A stretch of DNA of 64,000 bases from Azolla caroliniana (Eukaryota > Plantae > Polypodiophyta). Below the pieces are notes generated by a model. That model made no database searches, was not told the origin of the DNA, and worked only from the letters and a program-made list of their open reading frames with translations. Location: the NCBI GenBank assembly GCA_043228905.1, contig JBHGNT010000003.1, positions 20,522,001 to 20,586,000 on the forward strand. Direction: 5' to 3'. Every line of letters begins with the position of its first letter. The first letter of the stretch is position 1. This document shows positions 34,301 to 49,400 of the stretch, piece by piece. The position numbers and the translations under genes were made by a program.

Positions 34301-37300
34301 AAACCTATTATCCTATGAACTGTGACAAACCCATAAGGACCTATGACAGGAACAACCGGTGGTTTGGGAACCTTAGTTGTTGGCTATATGGAGGTACCCC
34401 CATCATTATAGCATCTTGATGCTGTCGAGACTTTGTTGGTGAGGCCAGGTTCTCTTCTTTGGATCTGTTTTTCAACAACCACGTTATAACATAAGGTAAT
34501 ATTTGGTGGTATGGGACACCTATGATATTTTATGTTTGTCTCATGTGCTTTGCTCGGGGATGGTCGGTGTGGTTGAGCACCCTTAATCCATTTTGCTTAT
34601 TCTTATGCTCATCATTAGTTCAATCCATAATAGAACGGGCTGTCAAATTTTAGTATTGGGTTATGCTGGCTTTCATTCTCCTCTTCCAGTTAGACACCTG
34701 ATCTAAGTAAGTGTGTTGAGTATGTATATCAACTCCAAGGTATTTTTGAAATTGCGAACTGCTTCAATTGTCTCCTACTCACAATACTCTACTGACAATG
34801 CTTACCACCATGTCTTTGGTCTTAGTCATGTTACAAAAGGACAACATTGTCTCCATAAATCAGATTCAACACTGTGGAATGTCCTATGGCTGGTTTTTCT
34901 TCATTTTCTCGCAAGGCTTCTTGGATAAATTCTTCTAGCTGGTCAATGCATTTTGATTGAATAGAGTAGGTGATAGAGGGCATCCTTGTGTCACTTTAAT
35001 GGTGCTCATGAACTTTGTAGACAAGCCTTTATCTGTTGATGACAAAGGTGGTGAGATCGTGGTCCATGCATGGGCTGGGGCATATGTTCTCTGAAAATTG
35101 CTATTTCCCAATCTATTGTGGCCCATTTGAGTATCCCTTGATTGACGTGTAGTGTCCATGAAAGGCAAAGTTTGTTCCATAGAACAAAAAGAAAAGATAA
35201 TGTTGAGCCAAAATCAATCTAGAAAGGAAGAAATATATATTAACGTATATTAAAGGGAAAAATCAGCCTATGAGACAAATCATGATTACAACTTTGGGTG
35301 AATTCATGTCACCCATACTAAAACAAAAAATAAAGCTCAAGATTTCCCAAAGATCCACGAATAATCTTAATGCATGGGGATATGACTTTGGGATTGTTTA
35401 TGGAGTCATACCAATGATTTTGGAGCATATTTCCTGGACTGTGTATAGTAAGGAAAACTGTTGATGGCAGTGGTATGGAGTACAATAAGGAAGGGGAGGC
35501 GAGGGCATCAGGGGCCATGGTTGGATCTTGATGATTGTCTTTGTTGGACATGTTTACAATAAGTATTTGCTAACTCACAGATAAAGTGGATGCTTTTGCA
35601 TATGGGCAAGGTTGGTGATAAGGGAGAAGGTGATTACAATGGTTTGTTGTGGGCAAGGGTTATGGGAAGATAAGGGTGGTTGGCAATGGTGTACCAAATG
35701 GGCTGGGTGGGATGATGAAAGTTTGATGGTTCGGGTGGTTGCCCTTTGTAAGGCCACTAGAATCTGGTCATGAGTTCATGCCAATGTAGATAACTATGTT
35801 GTGATACGCTAGGTCTAACAAATGTTTTCCATATCCTGTGTTTTCTGGTCCTGAGTCAGCTGAGTGAGCTCTTGCATGTTCTGAATCCTCTGACTATATC
35901 GACTGGATCATCTTTCAGTCTGCCGAGCCACAGGTATCACACTGTCTATTTTGCATCATGGCATTAAGCTCTCCCCTGAGGGATACTTCTCCTAGACTGG
36001 AGTACCGCATAATGCTCTCAGGTAGGAGACAGTAGGGTGATTAAATTTCTGTCTCTATGGGTCCCGTGGGTCCCATGGTTATCATTTATGGGTGTCTATG
36101 GGTCCCTTGGTTGTCATCATTTATGTCTGAATATTTTGATCCCTTGGAAGGGAAGTAACATAGCACAATGAGTAAGATGTGTGTCTCTGAGAGCCTGAGT
36201 TGACACATTTATCCAGCCTCTGCATCCTGTTCTACTACTTGCATGTGTGGATGTAAGGCTTGTCAGAAGACAAGTGTGATTTTGCCCAACCCTTGTGATG
36301 TAATTTGTGTAGTGGTTTGCCAGTATGTGGATTCCCATTGGCAGTCCTCCACTTGAGGTATACCTTTTGTTAGGCTTTGTTGTGCTCATGTAATGAGGAG
36401 AATATCTGGTCCCGCCGTGAACTCTTCCGTTAATCCCAGGTGTATCCAAAGCGCTCCATTGCAGGCTACACATTCCTATTCGATAGGCCTTTCTGTTGAT
36501 ACCAATGCAACCATCCTGGTTGACAGCCTTCCATTGAATGTCTTTTAAGAGGTCAAAATGGCCTATAAGACCCAACAAGAAATTATGCATATTTAATAAC
36601 TACAAACCAGAAAAATATAATTACATAAAAACAGGAATGCGGCAGGTACACCACTAACCTTGTTTTTGAAAGAACTGTTGAGACAGAAGTTTCATGCTTA
36701 GAGGAAAACATGAAGAAAGGTTGGATATACAGAGAAATTGACCTGATTTGTGTTTCATTTTATCTCAATGGTCGGCCATCATTTATAGTTTTTTTGGGCC
36801 ATCAAACCTATCCACAGCTTTAAAATTCCAGTTGGTACCTACACCTAATGGTTCATAAAACAAATTTTGTTGAGCAGATAGGTGTAATTTAAACACCACT
36901 TAAAATTCCTTGGGTTAATTTATCGATACATATAAGATTCTCTAGCTAGATAGATTTCTTTCTTTGAAATATCTCCAGCATGGGGCAATGGAGAGATCTC
37001 CAAAGCAAGGTAGGCACTTGCAACAGTAGGAGGTAATGTCCTTTATACGTCGATGGAAAGGGTTTGTTTATCGATACATATAATTTCACTGTTTTGATCT
37101 TCCATGTTTCTGCCTCTCTGGTTGAGTAAACAGCAAAGAGCATGTTGTTGGTGATGGCTCCATCGTCATTAAGATTCCTTAAAAGCTAGTATAATCTTGT
37201 AGGGATTGCTGAAAGTCATCTGTAATATCCTCATATGCGAGGCATTCCAAATGAATGTGTTCTGTTTCTGGTATGTTGAAGTGTCATAAGTTCACATTCT

Positions 37301-38965
37301 CGTTTACTGCTCTACATTTAGCCAAGCCCTGTTTTCTAGTTTCAATGCATGTGCTCATATCAGTATGATGGCACATTCCATGCTCTTAGGCATGAATGTC
37401 AGAGAGGTCTTTCTTTAATCGAATGCAACCCTCATCACTAACATTCTATGCTTATTAGATTTGGTAAATTCTGTTCTCTTTCCGAAGTGAATATTAGTTC
37501 CTCCAAATGAAGGCTTTTTTCTTTCTTGATCTTGTGTGCTTTCTGTATTGGCCCCCCACATATGAGAGTATGCTAATATGAGCAGCTTGACAAAAACAGT
37601 GTTTGTGAGAAGCCGAAGCAAATATTGAAGCTACGTTCTGGTGGAGCAATACGACCACATCCAGACAAGGTGTGATGCTTTCCTTTCATGGAATTGGTTC
37701 ATTTATGTGGTAAGAATTGTATAGGCAATTTAAATTTATGATTTATTATATTTTGTTCCGGTAGAAAACTAACCAGTCTCATATCCATGATTTATCACAC
37801 ATGATGCTCGGCAGGTTTCTACTGGTGGTGAAGATGCATATGTCATTGAAGGAATGTGGGCAGGAGTAGCAGATGGTGTTGGGGGATGGGCTTTAAGTGG
37901 TGAGTTTTGCATCAGTTATTTTACAACTTTGAAACTGTTTTTAGTACCAGAATGAGCAATCATGGGTGGAACTGTGACTGAACATAACCACGTCTTTTGC
38001 ACAAGTCAAGGTTAGCACATTGATTTGTATCAAGTTCATCAGGGTGATATGACCACCTTAGAGTGATCAAGAAATGCTTGTATCACTAATTTTATCATTT
38101 AGATTGTACCAAAATCTGATTTCCGAAGTTGCTGGGTTGCAGGTGTCGACTCTGGCATATATTCACGAGAACTGATGGCGAATTGTAGACATTTTGTAAG
38201 CCTGGAGAATGGAATCCCAAATCCCAAATCTATTATCATCAAGAGTGTTGCAAAAACTAAAGCTGTAGGGACATGCACAGCAGTACTTGCTGCTTTGCAT
38301 GACCAGGTATTAATATCTCCGACATGAATGGATATTGGATAATGGTACGCCTCTAGAGGATTTTACATTGAACTCTGACTGCTGTGGCAGACTCTGTATG
38401 TTGCAAATGTAGGGGATTCTGGCTTCATTGTTGTAAGGAATGGTGACATAATTGCGAAGTCGATGCCAATGCAGAGAGGTTTCAATTTCCCTTATCAGAT
38501 AGGCAGTGATGGTGATGACCCTTCAATTGCAGAGGTGAGGAACTCAAATTTGAATAAAAAGACAATATAACTGATGAGTAAATGACGAAATGCTGCTGTG
38601 CTCTTGCAGACATTTGAAGTTCCTGTAGCATCCGGAGATGTGTTGATTTTGGCAACAGATGGGGTCTATGATAATCTCTATGAAAGGGAGATTGTGGACG
38701 TTGTTGTTTCTGGACACAGCAAAGGCATTGAACCAAATGTAAGTTCTTGTTTATTTATGTGAGTGAATTGAGATGTATGCATTATAGTGAATAGTGAACT
38801 GTTTTTTGACAGATTGTGGCGACATGGCTTGTAAAACTAGCTCATCAAGCAGGCCTGAACAGTGCAGGTAGAAGCCCTTTTAGCGATGCAGCTCAGGCAG
38901 CTGGTTATGCCTGTGAGGGTGGGAAACTAGATGATGCCACTGTTGTTGTGGCTTACATCGAATAA
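31314..38965 (+). CDS. PTC7-like/clade K protein phosphatase 2C (Arabidopsis PP2C62-like), ~488 aa, probable plastid transit peptide
   Basis: Exons 31314-31689, 31944-32233, 32570-32625, 37600-37669, 37815-37899, 38143-38306, 38391-38534, 38610-38738, 38813-38965; GT-AG and phase-consistent. Motifs [63 protein letters not shown]. Ser/Pro/Arg-rich N-terminus. Exon 3 is the least certain. Confidence 0.88.
33040..33380 (+). mobile_element. Possible degenerate Ty3/Gypsy RNaseH-integrase fragment (intronic)
   Basis: PWYKDIMRF-like and ..CKD-like remnants, heavily decayed. Confidence 0.35.
34935..35180 (-). mobile_element. LINE RT fragment (intronic)
   Basis: [16 protein letters not shown] motif. 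Confidence 0.7.
36150..36550 (-). mobile_element. Degenerate RTE-X-like LINE 3' end (intronic)
   Basis: [14 protein letters not shown] resembles the RLSSH.L..ETGRW motif and is followed by CQL..SE..H.LTHC. Confidence 0.45.
37220..37400 (-). mobile_element. Degenerate RTE-X-like LINE 3' end (intronic)
   Basis: [11 protein letters not shown]...[15 protein letters not shown], a remnant of the C-terminal CCHC finger. Confidence 0.55.
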
Positions 38966-39098
38966 AAGTGCCTCTTTAAATTATATGATTAATGAAAATA
39001 GGATTTTGTACTATAACTGGAGATACACTGACTTTTGCATGATTAAAATATTATTTGTTTTCTTGGCTTCTATATGATGATCTCTCTCCTCAAGGACG

Positions 39099-39226
39099 CT
39101 AATTTATTGTTCACTAACTAGAATCCTATTAGATGGCTTTTTCCATTCGAATATTCTGGAACTAATTTATTGTTCACTAACTAGAATCCTATTAGATGGC
39201 TTTTTCCATTCGAATATTCTGGAACT
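39099..39226. repeat. Perfect 63-bp tandem duplication 3' of the clade-K PP2C
   Basis: ctaatttattgttcactaactagaatcc...tattctggaa x2. Confidence 0.93.
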
Positions 39227-40450
39227 GGGACCGTTACCGATGCTCCCTTTCTTCTACACCTGCTTGCACTGGAGCTTTTACCTAGTGGACAATAAATTTG
39301 TGCCCTTGAGAAGCCTAATTGCAGGATCATGGTGGAGTTAACTCCATGCATGGATGCTCCAATACACCTCATGAACTGCCCCCTCCGAATTCAATAGAAA
39401 TTTAAAATGAAGAAACAACCGTCTACACTTTATTAAAGTTTGTGAAGTCTAGGTTTTCCGAGTATATTAACATTTTCTAGCTGAGTCAAAGTGTTAATAG
39501 GTGAGGAGTTTATCCAAATAGGAAATATTCTTTTAATATGAGACTGTCTCCATTTAGGAAACAGTGCTTTTGCATCCATTTACTACACTATGCATGCAAT
39601 TGCTTTCAATACTACACTACGAGATGCATTGAGGCATTTCATGAATCAAGACAATGACCTGCATGTATGGTCAAGTCATTTTCCTAAATGGTGAATATCA
39701 TCCAATCCCTTCCAACTTGGATTCTTAAGAATATTATAGGTTACTCCTGTGTATGGTTTTAAAATATTATTAAAATTCACAAAATGCTTGTAATCTAACA
39801 ATTGCCACCAAGAAAAAGTAACCTTCTCTTAGATAATCAACCAACATAAACTGTATTTGTCTTCATTGCTGGCAGCAGACTAATGGAAAGAAAAGCACAT
39901 GATGCGTGATGCGTAAACAAGAAAATTGTGGCGTATTTTTGACATATCAAGAAAGATAGATTCATTATGGCTGTCATCATTTCACATCATTTGATTGAAT
40001 CAACTGAAAGTACAATAACATTTATTTGAGCTACAAGCACATCTTTCACATTTCTATTATACTTTGGATGAACCAAATATACTCTCGTAAGAGAACTAAG
40101 AGACCATGTGGTAATTACTTAAAAATTGATATAATTTTTCTTGTTGGGTCAACGAATTTGTTGGTTGCATTTTTTGGTGAATGATATATATATTTAATAG
40201 AAAGCCTATATAACAAATTTGAGGTTTCCTTAAACCTATTGCTTTCCATCATACGTGGATTTACATCCCAAAAAGGTTGGAAGCACACCAGCGTTGCGGT
40301 TTGTATTTTGCCTGATTTGTATATACAAAGATTCGATAACTTTGTGGGCACAATCTTCTCCACTATCGAGAAAATCAATTAGCTTAAAAAAATCAAGAGA
40401 CCAAGAAAAAAATAAAGCCATATCCACATGTATATTTGAACTTGCAATCC

Positions 40451-43400
40451 TTAGCTTGGTTTTTTTGGCTTTTTATGAAAACGCAATACGATGCAAGTAA
40501 TGTTGTCAGTACTTCCTTTACGCAAAGCTTCCTCGGTCAGCTTCTTTGCTGCATCTTGAGCATCAGGTATGGACCGAATCAATGAAACGGCATTCTGATG
40601 ATATGTACAAGGTATTCCCAAAAATTTCCACAAAAAATCATTACTTTATAATTCAAAGGAAAATATTACGCAATAAATAAGCAAAAATGATATTCACCTG
40701 GTTTGTAATAACATCCCATAACCCATCACTAGCAATAATCAGAAACTCATGGTTATCATCAATAACTTCCTCCTACACAAGCATCCACTGCATACATAAG
40801 CTAGGGGTTACCAAAAGAACCTTCAGGCCATCCTAGAGAGATTGCTCAGATACGTCCCATTTTTTAATCATGAATGGTAAATACCACGCATCAAGAACAA
40901 AGACTGTAAGAATGTACCTTCAAAGATAAAACCTATAGCTACATGCCATTATAACCATACATAGAGAGTTAGTCCTACAAGTGCATCTTCCTTATGCATT
41001 TGCATACTTTTTTACTCTAGTCATGAATCATTTGGCCATCAGCACTCGGTCATAGGTCGAAATGGCCTAAATGACTGCACTCCAGAATGGGAATAAATGA
41101 TGAATGCATACTGGTTAGACAATTATGCCAATATTCCCAAAAAATCAGAAAGTGAATGACAGCCATCACATGTGGTTGTACAGATTTTGGATTGCCAAAA
41201 ACCCACTCAAGTAGATGCATGATTCCCTCAACCAAAGGCCACACCCTGGATAGTGGAGACCCCACATGCGTTATGCAACTGGGCAAGATAAACATATGGC
41301 CACAAGTCTCCTCAGTTGTAATATGAAAGAAGCAGGAACCAAATGAAATGTTGTCTCCTGAAATGCCAGCAAAAAGTAGGAGCCTATCACCAAGATAAAC
41401 CATGAAAATGCTGATTTGAAGGGAGTTTTATTAAGCTGGTCATCAATATCTCTTTCTTTGTAATCCTTTCTCTGTGATCAAGATAAGAAATAAGTCATAT
41501 ATTGGTAAGGATCCCTTTCCTCTCTTCTTTCTTTTCCATTTTCTCTGCAAAAATTTATCTAGTATCACATTTCGCCTTAAATGTGACATAATTAAGCTCA
41601 ATAGTCATGACAGGTGGCCACTTTTTTACTTTATGTTCCATTGTCTGAGTTCCCTCAGCCCTATAATCATTGCAGGGCCTAACTGAAATATGTCCTATAT
41701 TTGACTATGAATTTTATATTACTAGTTGTAGTAGTGACCAAACATGTTGGTTCATTCCAAGGCTCAAATGTATCCTTGTTTTGCTGTGAATGTGCACAGC
41801 AGTATGTTTGTTACCTGAAATTCAGGGATTGCAACTACAAATCTCTTCAATAATCGATCACCAAAGGCTCGTGACACAGCAAGGATGCCACCTACCCTCC
41901 AAGTGCCTGAGAAAAATCTGGGGTTACATCTTATTAAAGGGCAATATATAGAGACTGAAAACATTATATTCATAGAGAACACTAACCGGCCCAAATTACA
42001 GCTCCTCCTGCATTCTTGATCCTTCGCCGTTCATCCTCGCGATTAGGTTTGTGATCAATGGATAAGGGAATAGCTGCAATCGTGTTGATACATAATCATT
42101 AATAATATTGAGAATCAAAACAATTCCTAAACAGAGAACTATTAGAGATTTTGACCTCACCTTTCCCAGCTCTGGAAATAACTGCCCTTGAGTCACCAAC
42201 GTTGGCAATAAGTAAACGATCACCCACTAATATGGCAGTTGTTGCTGTTGATCCAGCATCTTTGTATTGACCCGTTTCAACTCTAAGATACTCTGAATCT
42301 AACTGTTGATAAGTTTCAACTGCAAGGTAACATACCGGGATCACTCCATCAGCAAATGCACAAGAAAGAAAGAGAGTTTCTTACTTTTAAGATGAGACAT
42401 AAAATCCCACAAGAGCTTTGTGTAAATACCTATTGCGCTCCTTATGTCACTTGTAAACTTGGGATGCATGATCAAACTTTTAAAAAGGTTCTTTTGAAGA
42501 TAATCTGCAACTCCAGAACCACCATGACCTACATAAAGCAAAAACTAAATAATATACAATTGATACTGAAAAGATAAACAATGACTTACAAATCTTTGCA
42601 TGTATACCATCAAACACTCCAAATAATCCAAGAGTAGTATCATCAACCACAGTAAATTGAGCTTCATAGAAGTCCTCCATAGTATCTCTCTTTCCTTGTA
42701 TGCTTGAAATGCCATAGCTACAATTTGCATGTTCACTATGAAAACCAAAACAGAACCAATTGCAAATTGCTTAGTAGTACCAAACAATATGACTTGACTA
42801 CATGCACGTTTTGACATGCCTAACAATTCATGTGATCTATGCGAAAAGCATGATATCTGAAAATGATCGTCGGAGAATAGGGCTTCTTGGATAGATTGAA
42901 CAAGTAGACTAGTGTATCCCTACCTATTGCTGACAAGGGTCAACAAGTGTATACATGAGATGTAGTATAAAGTTGCATCAATCCTTCTACTGAGCTTCTA
43001 AATCTGCAATAAATTGTAAGCGCAGAGTTTTTGTAGATACATTTCAGAAGTGGTGAGTAGATGTGTGCGAACTTTATAGAAGAATTAAAAAAATCTTGTC
43101 CTCCATAATGTTGTTAGCAAGAGAGCATTCACTTAAGAGAAGGCTAAGCCTTTCACACGTATATTGCTTGTCTTCTTATTCTTTATTTCCTGTCCCCTAT
43201 CCAAGTTCTTTGATCACTTCCCTTATTTGACTTCCCTCTGAACAAAACCAAAAACACCAATTTCAGTCCCATTTCTGTCAGAAATGTATGCAATGTGCCC
43301 TATATGTGTCTCATTTACTTCACATGCTATAAACAAGAGAGCATTTGCTTAGAGAAGACTAAGCATTTGACACAGGTTATTGCTTGTCTTCTTATTCTTC

Positions 43401-46400
43401 ATTTACTGTCCCCTATTGAAGTTACTTGATCATTTCCGTTATTTGACGTCCCTCCGAACAAAACTGAAAAAACCAATTTCCATCTCATTTCTGTCACTTA
43501 CATCTGAAATGTGTCCCATATGTGGCTCTCATATGCTTCGCATTCCACTTCTCAGGGTGGAACTAACCAGGTTGTGGGTGGTACCTATCACTCTGTAACT
43601 GGCTGTTCATCCTCTCTTGTTTAGGAGATCAGACCTCCACAGGTACATCCTATCAAAAAAAAGACTCCCCATTGCTTTGGAAAAATACAGATGAAGAGCG
43701 CTAGCAACAAACTGGGATTTGCAGAGAGCTTTCAGAAACAGTTTGCATCAACTTTCCCCTAGTAATGGCGGTGCGGACTTGTGAGAGGGGTTTTAGAATT
43801 CTCTCCAGCACTTAATGAGGGTACCAGAACTTCACTGATTGACGAGCTAAAACAGCAAATGCCCACTCAATCCTATGCACAAGGCCTAAAGCAAGGGAAT
43901 CTGCAATCGAACATGTATTTTCCAGATGCAAGTCCTGAAGCTCAAATTGGTTAGCAACCAACAAGAAAGACCAGAAGGACCTACAAACTTTGTCGTACAT
44001 GGAATTCTGAAAAAGAGACAAGAACAGATTTGCCAAAAGTAACTTCGTTTTTTGTGGGGAAAAGCTCAGGACAACAGGCATCAGTCAAGGCACAGAGTGG
44101 TAAAGACACTATATTTCAATCGAGCCATTGTGTGCAATTGGTTGAAGGCCGGTCACTATATTAGGCAACAGTTTAGTCTAAACCTAAGGCACATATCGGA
44201 AAGGATAGAATTCCTGCAAAACAAGCTTATGAAATAGGGAAGCGCAATGCCCATAAGGTTTATATAAGTTACAACTTGCATTGACAGAGGTTTCCCATGG
44301 AAGAAAAGCACAAGGAAAAAATGAGGTAATCCCACAAGCGACATATGTTCTTCAAGACACACGAGAGAACAATGCAGGTTCGTCTGTCATAAATTGAGGG
44401 TTATGTAACCTCTCTATATCGATGGCAAGCATGAAAATAAGAGTCAAGAAGGGCCAACCCCTCTGGAAATCTATGTCTGCCCATTAATAAATATGCTAAT
44501 GAAGAGAAAATGTTGGTCATTGGAGACACGGATGCAAGGATAGAACACACGCAAACATAAATCATGGATTTTTCCCCAGATTCATATGCCAGACATGCTT
44601 GCACAGAAATAAATCACATATGGAAATGGTGTTCATGTGGCTGCACTACAGGTGCACAAGAATCAGCCATAATAAGTAAGAGGAGCTCTTGGATCTTGGT
44701 GCCCTCAATGGAGCAGACACTCTGGAACCTTGAACAATTAGACATGCCATAGAAAAAGCAAGGATCTAAGTATTAAACGAACAATTGGACATGTGGTACA
44801 GAAAACAAAACAGCTAGTATCATCACATATGAATTAATAGATCTCCAAATTTAAACCGCATGCCTATACACGTGAGGATAAAATTGTCATGACATGCAAA
44901 AGCCAAACCAATGCATGCCTCAAATTGGCAATATAATATGAAAGGGAAAAAAAGAGTACTTATTCGGATACTCACTTTAAAGGGTGGGTATCTAGAGCTA
45001 TAAATCATTGAAAAATGCGTGCAATAGACATCTTAGTTACAAAACCATCTAACTCCATTAGACAACAGTATTGAACAAACAACATCGGCCATTGTATTGA
45101 CCTGCTGGAGGTGTTGGTTCCAGAAGGCTTGTGAGACACGCAGAAAAATCAGCCACATTCATACTGATTGACTGCAAAAGTTTACCCAAGAAGCCTTCGG
45201 AGCATGTGAGGAAAAACCAGCAATTGTGCATCATCTTATAGTATTGTTTCTAATCCATACCTTTTGGCATAGTCTAAGATGAGATTGCATAAGCTTTTAG
45301 GTATGGTACATACTTCCTGTGATGCCCTCCATTGCCTCTTGTTTTATTTTGTGTGTCTGTGTCAATACAACACATTGTTTCTTAAAACTATGAGAGGAAG
45401 AAGGCAGTAGAGTTTGAAGCTCTTCAAAAATTCTACATATACGCATTGAAAGTCAAGAACATGCCTCAAAATCATCTCCCCAAGGTTGCATGAGCAATTG
45501 GATGCTTACAAAAGAAAAATTAGAAAAGTAAAAATTCTTTTCTTCACTTGGATCCAACATTACAAAATGTGTGTAAAATGGCACAATGAAGAATATTTGA
45601 ACATGCACATAAGCAAAAAAGATTAAATTAGGAGAACATGATCCAATATTTTACTCAGGCACATTGGAAACTCGCCACACAAAATTGAGAACATCAAACG
45701 TACATCGAAGTTTGTGTATTATTGCAGCCACATGAAGACTTAATATTCCTAATATACTTAATACTTAATCCCCAAGCTCACATCCAGACACTCATGCCCA
45801 AGAAGGCAAGATGGCCCATCACATTGATCCGCATGAGCTCTCACACACATTGAAAATGGAAACCAGGGGTTGGCTGAATCATGCTGCATCAACATACGAA
45901 AAACATAGGAAAGTGTCCTTTGGAATGTCTTACATATGAATATAAGGTTGTACTAGTTTTTATGATCTCCCAACGAGGATGTAACCATCACCAAGTATGC
46001 TCTTTACTCATGGGAGATCAAAATCATGAAATTTGGTACACAGTTTAGTTTTACATTTCAACTTTGTAGCAATTGTTCTATCAATTCTAAAATCCCAAAT
46101 CTATGCAGCTGGATAGAGTGCTTTGTACAATTGTTGGTTCCATAAGTCATGTTGGCACCCCATGAACATGAATATTGTGTCAGTGATTTTGGATCAAAAG
46201 TAGAGAACATCCAAATGACAAAGTGAATGCCACTAACAACATAGAAATTGGAGAATGAGGCATAAAGAAATTTAAGAATCAAGTTCTTGGAGAGTTGGGA
46301 TATGGCTTATACCAGAATAATAATTCGGGGAAAGCCATAAATGTAATTTGAAGATAAATATTTACAGAGAAGACAAGCCACAATCAAAAGAAAAATAGAG

Positions 46401-49400
46401 ATAGGTGTTCTTTCGACTCTTGTTGCATTATTTTCTGGAGTAGAAGCAGCTCTATTCGGGGGTGAAGGGGGGGACATGCATTCTACAGTGGAGGATGAAG
46501 AAAATGACTCATCACAAGTTTGCTTAGGAGGTTGGATGAGGTTACAACATGGCGACAAAGTGAAGGTGCCATTGTCTGTTGACGGGAAGTCCGAGTTGAG
46601 TGGTGGAGGTCTCATTGTCTTCCTATCTTCCTATCTTGTTTTCTTTGGCTTTTCTTGAAGTTGTGGAGAAGACTAGGCCTCGAGACCGCTTTTCGCAATA
46701 TTTTTTTATTATAAAAACTAAACTTATTATTATTTGATTTTGGGTAGTTTGGTTCTCATACCGATGCAATCACTATCTTGCCCTTTGCGCTCTAACAAAT
46801 TTATCCTCATGATCATCATCTCTGAAGATACTAATACAAGAAACTCTCTATATATAAATTAAGGCAAAGGCTCCTCCCTTGGGCATACCTAGGAGGTTTA
46901 TATACATGCTTTTCCTCTAAATCTCTGATTGGTTAGTGCCTCTTTAAGGAACATACCATAGGCAGAGGAGTCCACCTTTGTTTATTATTACAAGGGGATC
47001 TAAGGAAGGCGTTGGGGAATGAGTGTTAGATATAATCAATGATCAGTCCCAAGTTGTAAATCTATCCCCATATGTGCTCTTAGAGTGCACATTTTGTGAT
47101 AGTGCCCCAAATGAGGAGCGGCTAGTGTGCAACTCGACCACATGGGTCGATAAGGTGTTAATCTAGGAAACCGTAGATGCGTAGGACACAATGTATTTAG
47201 GAAAGAGAGAAATAGGTAATAGGATTGGCTAATCAAGTCAACTAGAATATTTTGTGGGCAAGTTACGATGTACTTAGGCTTGAAGTATGCGTCATTGACT
47301 TCAAGATAAGTACTATCTAGCACTAGCCTGTACCTAGGGAGTTGGTCATATTAAATGACAAGTCAATTGACCGAAAAGGAATATCTCCACTACTATCAAC
47401 TGACTTGCACATTTAATGTTATACTTAGACCAAACATAGAAAGCAATCCACTTTCTTTTCACAGTGGTTGGCTTGATTATCAGTCCCCACTAATTTTGTA
47501 GTGAGCTGGTCCATATCCTATCTAAGCCCTAAGGTGTGAGTGCATGGGAAAACTACCATTGTGAGCTACTCTCATATGTAATAGAAGTTTTGTTTTCATA
47601 TATCCCATCTCTGTAGTTGTAACTCTATATACCTATTTAATCGATTCTCACTATTTCTAACATGGTATCAGAGCTGAGAGGTTGATCTAGATTAGGTATA
47701 TACAGGCAGTTGCTGTTTGGCAGCACAGAGAAATAGAGAGAGAGAGAGAAAGAGAGAGAGAGTATCAATGGCCTTGTCCACGAATGTTGCAGCTGCTCCA
47801 CTAAGCATTCGCCCACCTCCATTGTCTAATGGAAAGCTAGATGGAACCAACTACACTCTATGGAAGTTCAAAATGTCTGCCATTTTGGACTCCTACGAGT
47901 TGTTGGAGACAATCATGGAACCCACAGGAGGAGACCCTGAGCCCATGACGACCTTTGCCCTGCACACCCTACCACATCAATCCCTCCAAATGCTGATCTA
48001 CTTCGAGCCTGGAAGAGAAGGAATGTTGATGCGTTGTGTACCATAGTCACTGGTGTATGTGACTCTGTACTAACATTAGTGCAACATACAACCAAGGCAC
48101 ATGAAGCTTGGAGCATATTGGCCAGCCAATATGAGACCAGAAACTATACAAGGATACAAAACCTTGAAAATCAGCTTGCTGCAAAGAAGCTTGCCGATGG
48201 AGAGAAAGTAGAATCCTTTGTAAAAAGGATTAAGGATCTTCAAGATCAGCTGGCGGCTGTTGGAGTAGTCATCTCTCAAGAGGATATGGCTCATCGGTGC
48301 ATTCGAGTACTTCCTTTCAAGTATGATGGCATTGTGACAGCATTGAACACTCAGGTTCGACCCACTCCTTTAAAATTTGATGAACAAAGTGTGATGCTGC
48401 TTGAAGAGGAGCTTCGGTTGAAGACAAGAGAAGGAAGGGAAGATTCGGCATTTGTCTCTAGGACTAAGGGTAAAGGGGCATCCAATTCAAACAATGCGAA
48501 TAGGATACCAAAGAAAAAGTTAAATGGATCGTGTTTCTATTGTGACAAGAAGGGTCACACAATCAAGGATTGTCGGAAGAAGATGGCGGACGAGAAGAAT
48601 GGTTCTAGTAAGACCACCTCTTGGAGAGAGCCCGAGTCCGCCAACAACGTCGTAGATGAGCTTGAGTTATGGGTCGCAACTGAAGAAGTGTGTTCTTCGG
48701 TTGACACCCATGTTGTCGACGACTCTTGGATTCTCGATAGTGGAGCGTCCCGACATATGACCAGTAATCGTGACTAGTATAGCTCTTGGACACCTCTACA
48801 AGAGCCCAGCAATGTTGTGGTCGGGAACAATGCTCGATGTCTAGCCAAAGGAACCGGAACCATCTCCCTCAAATCAACGACCGGCGGGACAAAGCATCTC
48901 TCTCAAGTGTTGTACGTGCCAGATCTCAAGAAGAATCTATTGTCCATTTCTGTACTGACCAACAAGGATCTTGATGTTCGATTCAAGAAGTCGGGTGCAG
49001 AAATAACAGATTCTGTTGGCAAGGTTGTAGGAATAGGGGTAAGGTGCAACAATCTCTATGAGCTGAGCGCACTTACCATTTCTACTGACCACAGCACAAG
49101 TACTAACACAAAGCAATGGCATGAGAGATTTGGGCATCTCAATGTTGCTGTGTTGAAGGAGATGAAGAAGTCGAATATGGTAGTTGGGTTGCCAACCCTA
49201 TCTGACTTAAGTCATGTTTGTGATGCTTGTATGATGGGCAAGCATCAAAGATCAGCTATTCCAAAAGAGAGTCAAAATCGGACAAAGACTCCTCTACAGC
49301 TAATACACATCGACCTCTCTGGAAAAATGGTGACTCCTGCAATGGGTGGATCTCTCTACTATATGCTGCTAGTCGACGACTTCAGTAGAAAGATGTGGGT

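Noticed and set aside
36979-37009. Possible 31-nt exon with good splice sites
   Set aside because: Inclusion would shift the frame before exon 37600.
46307-46658. Short ORFs before the Copia, including ...[10 protein letters not shown] resembling a PP2C N-terminal motif
   Set aside because: The motif is on the wrong strand relative to the PP2C and has no splice support; likely chance or TE debris.
47036-47323. 95-aa minus ORF duplicated at 51848-52135
   Set aside because: It lies within the two LTRs, has a non-ATG start and no recognisable domain.
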